Positions 59,199 through 63,312 of a DNA stretch of 63,312 nucleotides are shown in pieces. A model generated the notes under the pieces. That model had not been told where the DNA came from, searched no databases, and was given only the letters and a program-made list of their open reading frames with translations. The DNA lies in contig CAYRGS010000001.1 in NCBI GenBank assembly GCA_964423875.1, forward strand, positions 2,704 to 66,015, written 5' to 3'. The stretch is from an uncultured bacterium (GTDB lineage Bacteria; UBA8248; JACPRG01; G963555815). The position numbers were made by a program, and so were the translations under genes. Each line of letters starts with the position of its first letter. The stretch's first letter is position 1.

Positions 59199-61988
59199 AT
59201 GAGCGAGAGAGTTTCCTATCACCTAAATGGCGAGGCGGTCACGGCGGATGTCCCCTCGAAGTGGTCCTTGGTCCGGCATCTGCGGGATGACCGCCGCCTG
59301 ACCGGGGCCAAGATCGGCTGCACACCGGGCGACGGGGACTGCGGGACATGCACGGTGCTTGTGGACGGCCGCCCCCAAAGGGCCTGCCTGATGGAGATGG
59401 CCCAGGTGGAGGGGAAACGGGTGGAGACCGTCGAGGGCCTGGCCCGGGATGGCACCCTCCATCCCGTTCAGGAGGCCTTCGTCCGCACCGGAGCGGTGCA
59501 ATGCGGCTTTTGCTCCCCGGGGTTCATCATGGCGGCCAAGGCCCTCCTCGACGCCAACCCCGGGCCGACGACCGAGAAGATCCGAGAGGCCCTGTCCGGC
59601 GTTCTGTGCCGGTGCACGGGGTATGTCAAGGTGGTTCAGGCAGTGGAGGATGCCGCCGCCTTCCTGGCCGAGGGGAAATGGCCCCCGGTGAGGACCCAGG
59701 TGGCTCAGGAGACCGAGGGGGTCATCGGCGTCGCCGTCTCTCCCAAGGACGGCTCCCCGAAAGTCACCGGGGAGGCCCGTTTCGCCGACGACATCTACCT
59801 CGATGGGATGATCCACTGCAAGCTGCTGTTCAGCGAGCATACCCACGCCGAGATTCTTTCCATCGACACGGCCGAGGCCGAGAAGGACCCCGGGGTTCTC
59901 CTCGTTCTGACGGCCAAGGACCTTCCGGGGACCAATCTCACCGGGGTGAAGGTCAAAGACAAACCCATCTTCGCCGATGACCGGGTGCGGGCGCGGACCG
60001 ATGTGGTTGCGGCCGTTTACGCCGAGACCGAGGAGGCCGGACGCGAGGCCGTGAAGAAGATCCGCGTGGCGTATCGGGAGTTGCCCGCCGTCTTCGACGG
60101 CGCGGAAGCCCTGAAGGAGGGCGCGCCCCTCGTCCATCCGGAGAACGAAACCGGAAACATCCTGGCCCGGGTCGAGGTCAAACGGGGCGACGCGGCCAAG
60201 GTCTTCGCCGATTCGGACATCGTTGTCGAGAACGAGTACGGCATCTCATGCGTGGACCACGCCTTTATCGAGCCGGAATCCGCCGTGGGCTACGTGGACG
60301 AAAGGGGGGTGGCCACGCTGTGGATCGCCACCCAGGCCCCATTCCGGGATCGGCACCAGTTGACCGAAATTCTGAACCTGCCCGTGGAGAAGATCCGGCT
60401 CATCATTCCGGCCATCGGGGGGGCCTTCGGGGGCAAGGAAGACATCACCTTGCACCCCTACGTTCTCCTGGGGGCCATGCGGACGGGCCGGCCGGTCAAG
60501 CTCACCACAACGCGGGCGGAGTCTTTTCTCATCCACCATAAAAAACACGCCATGCGCCTGCGCTATAAGACCGGGGCCACGAAGGACGGAAAGCTCACGG
60601 CGCTGCACGCACGGATCACGGCCGATGGAGGCGCCTACGCCTATGCCGGTCCGATGATCATTCATCAGTGCGCCATCTTCGCCCCCGGCCCCTACTACGT
60701 TCCGCACCTCGACATCGAGGGGATCCGCGTCTACACCAACAAGGCATCTTGCGGGGCCTTCCGGGGGTTCGGGATCAACCAGGCCACTTTCGCCATGGAG
60801 AGCCAGTTGGACATCCTGGCCCGGGAGCTGGGCCTGGACCCCATCGACCTCCGGCTCCGCAACGCCCTGGAACCGGGCAAACCCATCTCCACGGGGCAAG
60901 TCCTCCAGGCGAGCGTGGGTTACAAAGAATGCCTGAATCTGCTCCGCGAGGCCCTCTCGGCCCATCGTCCGAACGGCGGAGGCGGGAAGATCGGGGTCGG
61001 CGTGGCGGGGGCGTTCAAGAATTGCGGCATCGGCCAGGGGGTGCCGGACCATGCCGGCGCCGTAGTGGAGCTGACCGGAGAGGGGCGTCTTCAGGTCCGC
61101 TGCGGGGCCGCCGACTTGGGCGAGGGGTGCACCACCGTGGTCGCCCAGATGACCGCCGAGACCCTGGGCATCCCGTACGACGAGGTCGTCGTCATGACCC
61201 CGGACACGGAAACCACCCCCGACGGGGGCCAAACGAGCGCGTCCCGCCAGACCCTCTTCACGGGCAACGCCACCGTCGGAGCGGCGCGGGCGTTCCGGGA
61301 GAAGCTCATGGGCTTCGTCGCCGGGGAGTTCGAGATCGCCTCTGAAGATCTCGAGTGGAGAGACGGCCGGGCCTTTTTTTCGAAGGGCGGACAACTTGTC
61401 GCCGCAAACAAGGCCGTGGCCGATCGGGCCGCCGCCAAGGGGGTGTCCCTGCAAGCCGAACACAAGTACATGAGTCCCCGCACCTACAACCTGCTTGAAG
61501 ACGCCTCCGACGTGGACCCGGACGACTACCGCAACTATCTCGCCTTCTCCTTCGTGGCCAACGGGGCCATCGTCGAGGTGGACGAGAAGACCGGCGTGGT
61601 GAAGGTCCTCAAGATCATCGCCGCAGCGGACTGCGGCCGCATCATCTACCCGCAAGGCCTCGAGGGTCAGATCGAAGGGTGCGTCGCGATGGGCCTCGGC
61701 TACGCCTTGTCCGAGCGATATGAAATGAACCAAGGGCGGCCCGTCACGCAAACCCTCACGCAGGCGGGGATCCCGACCTTGAAGGACATGCCGGAAATCG
61801 AGCAGATGATTGTGCAGGACCCCGAGCCCGAGGGGCCCTTCGGCGCCAAGGGCTTCGCCGAGGCGGGCCTCCTGCCTACGGCCCCCGCGATCATCAACGC
61901 CATTTATGACGCCGTGGGCGTCCGGGTGATGGACCTGCCCGCAACGCCCGAAAAGGTCCTGGACCTGCTAAGGAAGAAGAAGCCATAG
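59199..61988 (+). CDS. MOP-type molybdopterin hydroxylase: fused 2x[2Fe-2S] and Moco-binding domains (xanthine dehydrogenase/aldehyde oxidoreductase family), no FAD domain
   Basis: ATG 59199 with GGAGAGG RBS. N-terminus has CTPGDGDCGTCTV (plant-type [2Fe-2S]) and QCGFCSPGFIM...CRCTGY (second cluster). A ~750-aa Moco domain follows (GGAFGGKED, catalytic-Glu region GAKGFAEAGLLPTAPAI). 929 aa, comparable to my recollection of D. gigas MOP architecture. Confidence 0.88.
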   Translation: MSERVSYHLNGEAVTADVPSKWSLVRHLRDDRRLTGAKIGCTPGDGDCGTCTVLVDGRPQRACLMEMAQVEGKRVETVEGLARDGTLHPVQEAFVRTGAVQCGFCSPGFIMAAKALLDANPGPTTEKIREALSGVLCRCTGYVKVVQAVEDAAAFLAEGKWPPVRTQVAQETEGVIGVAVSPKDGSPKVTGEARFADDIYLDGMIHCKLLFSEHTHAEILSIDTAEAEKDPGVLLVLTAKDLPGTNLTGVKVKDKPIFADDRVRARTDVVAAVYAETEEAGREAVKKIRVAYRELPAVFDGAEALKEGAPLVHPENETGNILARVEVKRGDAAKVFADSDIVVENEYGISCVDHAFIEPESAVGYVDERGVATLWIATQAPFRDRHQLTEILNLPVEKIRLIIPAIGGAFGGKEDITLHPYVLLGAMRTGRPVKLTTTRAESFLIHHKKHAMRLRYKTGATKDGKLTALHARITADGGAYAYAGPMIIHQCAIFAPGPYYVPHLDIEGIRVYTNKASCGAFRGFGINQATFAMESQLDILARELGLDPIDLRLRNALEPGKPISTGQVLQASVGYKECLNLLREALSAHRPNGGGGKIGVGVAGAFKNCGIGQGVPDHAGAVVELTGEGRLQVRCGAADLGEGCTTVVAQMTAETLGIPYDEVVVMTPDTETTPDGGQTSASRQTLFTGNATVGAARAFREKLMGFVAGEFEIASEDLEWRDGRAFFSKGGQLVAANKAVADRAAAKGVSLQAEHKYMSPRTYNLLEDASDVDPDDYRNYLAFSFVANGAIVEVDEKTGVVKVLKIIAAADCGRIIYPQGLEGQIEGCVAMGLGYALSERYEMNQGRPVTQTLTQAGIPTLKDMPEIEQMIVQDPEPEGPFGAKGFAEAGLLPTAPAIINAIYDAVGVRVMDLPATPEKVLDLLRKKKP

Positions 61989-62000
61989 GGGAGTGAGCGC

Positions 62001-63312
62001 ATGCCGAAGGACCTTCGAACCTTCATTGACTCTTTGTGCGAGGAACATCCGAACGAGATTGTCCGCGTGTCCCGACCGGTGGACCCAGCCTGGGAGATCG
62101 CCGCCGTTGTCCGCAAGTTCCAGGCCGAGAATCAATTCCCTACCCTCCTGTTTGAGGACGTGAAGGGTTCTTCGATGCCGGTCATGACCAATCTTTTCGC
62201 GTCCCGTCTGAAGCTGGCGGCGGCCCTGGACGTCTCCGTCGAGGACACGTTGAATGAATACATGCGTCGGGAGGGCCGTCCTCTTGAGCCCCGCTGGGTG
62301 GAGGACGGTCCGGTCAAGGAGTGCAAGTGGATCGGCGAGGAGGCGGATCTGTCCCGCCTGCCCATCGTCACGCACGGCGAGAAGGACGCCGGACCCTACA
62401 TCAACCCCGGCGTGGGGATCGCCAAGGACCCTGACACCGGGGTTCACAACGCCGGGATCTACCGGCACATGTACCGGAACCCCCGGGAGATGGGCATCGA
62501 CATCGGGCCGGAATCCCACCTCGCGCACATCCTGCGAAAGCGGGAAGGGAAGGGGGAAGACCTGGAATTCGCCGTGGCCCTGGGGCATCATCCTGCCTTC
62601 TGTCACGGTTCTCAGGTCCGGGGCCTCCTGGAGCTGGATGAATTCGCCGTTATCGGCGGGCTCCTGGGAGAGCCTCTGGAGCTGGTGAAGGGCGAGACGG
62701 TGGACCTGGGCGTCCCCGCGCGCGCCGAGATCGTCATCGAGGGCCGGATCCGGGCCGGCGTCCGGGAAGATGAAGGCCCCTTGGGCGAGTTCACCTGGCA
62801 CTACGGCCCCGCCCGGGAAAATCCCGTAGTCGAAATCACGGCCATTACCCACCGGAGGGACGCCATTTTTCTGGACCTCAACAACCTGTACCTGGACCAC
62901 AATTACCTGGGCCTGCTGGGCCGGGAGTCCAACCTGTACAAGCGAGTGAAGGAAGCGATCCCGTCCATGCGTAATGTGGTCGTGGCGGAATCGGGCGGTT
63001 GCCGCTTGACCGGATTCGTCCAGATCCGCAAAGAGTTCGAGGGCCAGGGAAAGAACGCGGCCCTAGCGGCCCTGGCGGCGGATCCCTATATGAAGATGGT
63101 GGTGGTCGTGGATGAGGATGTGGACATCTACAGTGAGCGCGAGGTCATGTGGGCCATGACCACCCGCACCCAGCCGGACCGGGATTTCTTCTTTGTTCCG
63201 GGATCCTTCGTGTGTATCATCGACCCCTCGGGTCATACGGGCAGAAGCCGCAACGAACACGGGGGGATGAACACCCGCGTCGGCATCGACGCCAGCAGGC
63301 CGGTGGATATTC
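62001..63312 (+). CDS. UbiD-family (prFMN-dependent) decarboxylase, 3' end outside window; not present in the supplied ORF track
   Basis: Hand translation from ATG 62001 (GGGGAG RBS, 12 nt after the previous stop) stays open to the window end. It reads MPKDLRTFIDSLCEEHPNEIVRVSRPVDPAWEIAAVVRKF...DAGPYINPGVGIAKDPDTGVHNAGIYR...REDEGPLGEFTWHYG...VVVVDEDVDIYSEREVMWAMTTRTQPDRD. These are typical UbiD motifs. Confidence 0.88.
   Translation, partial: MPKDLRTFIDSLCEEHPNEIVRVSRPVDPAWEIAAVVRKFQAENQFPTLLFEDVKGSSMPVMTNLFASRLKLAAALDVSVEDTLNEYMRREGRPLEPRWVEDGPVKECKWIGEEADLSRLPIVTHGEKDAGPYINPGVGIAKDPDTGVHNAGIYRHMYRNPREMGIDIGPESHLAHILRKREGKGEDLEFAVALGHHPAFCHGSQVRGLLELDEFAVIGGLLGEPLELVKGETVDLGVPARAEIVIEGRIRAGVREDEGPLGEFTWHYGPARENPVVEITAITHRRDAIFLDLNNLYLDHNYLGLLGRESNLYKRVKEAIPSMRNVVVAESGGCRLTGFVQIRKEFEGQGKNAALAALAADPYMKMVVVVDEDVDIYSEREVMWAMTTRTQPDRDFFFVPGSFVCIIDPSGHTGRSRNEHGGMNTRVGIDASRPVDI

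Noticed and set aside
60246-61751. 501-aa - strand ORF inside the Mo-hydroxylase gene
   Set aside because: It is antisense to a full-length xanthine-dehydrogenase-family protein and has no motifs of its own.

Overview
GC-rich bacterial chromosomal window (63,312 bp), almost fully coding. All calls come from reading the translations and the DNA by eye; no database search, HMM or folding program was run.

The first ~47 kb are conserved housekeeping blocks.
- Plus strand: mreB(partial)-mreC-mreD-mrdA-rodA, rng, smg-topA-trmFO-xerC-hslV-hslU, a HAD hydrolase, and argB-argD-argF-argG.
- A long minus-strand block follows: secF-secD-yajC-tgt, an orphan MlaF-like ATPase, alr, dnaB, rplI-DUF2232-rpsR-ssb-rpsF, hppA, pth-rplY-prs, tRNA-Gln(UUG), spoVG, ispE, a LolB-like lipoprotein, a TPR lipoprotein, a DUF721/DciA-like gene and plsC.
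- Plus strand again: pmm-yqaA-manC-uppP, a PIG-L deacetylase, a small lipoprotein and a squalene/phytoene-synthase-family gene.

The synteny resembles what I recall from Geobacter-type Desulfuromonadota, but taxonomy cannot be established from here.

The last ~16 kb (47.6 kb to the window end) look accessory, and parts are more AT-rich by eye. They hold a mosaic cluster of oxidative and decarboxylative enzymes:
- a NicX-like ring-cleavage dioxygenase homolog plus a maleate-isomerase-like enzyme;
- a convergent EamA - M20 amidohydrolase - Rieske oxygenase - PhtD-like decarboxylase operon;
- a FAD monooxygenase and a DUF3891 protein;
- a MOP-type fused [2Fe-2S]/molybdopterin hydroxylase immediately followed by a UbiD-family decarboxylase. 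The UbiD ORF runs off the window end and is absent from the supplied ORF track.

The cluster is interrupted by transposase debris (RayT-like and IS1380-like fragments) and a short repeated palindromic motif. I consider this cluster, a candidate non-canonical (hetero)aromatic carboxylate pathway lacking the usual partner genes, the best lead for something undescribed.

Other notable points:
- an apparent 1-nt frameshift in argD;
- a partial N-terminal duplication in secD preceded by a terminator-like hairpin;
- 21-bp coding tandem repeats in rpsF, and acidic tails on several ribosomal or small proteins;
- a G12 tract inside alr;
- a DedA-superfamily gene translationally coupled between GDP-mannose genes next to uppP.
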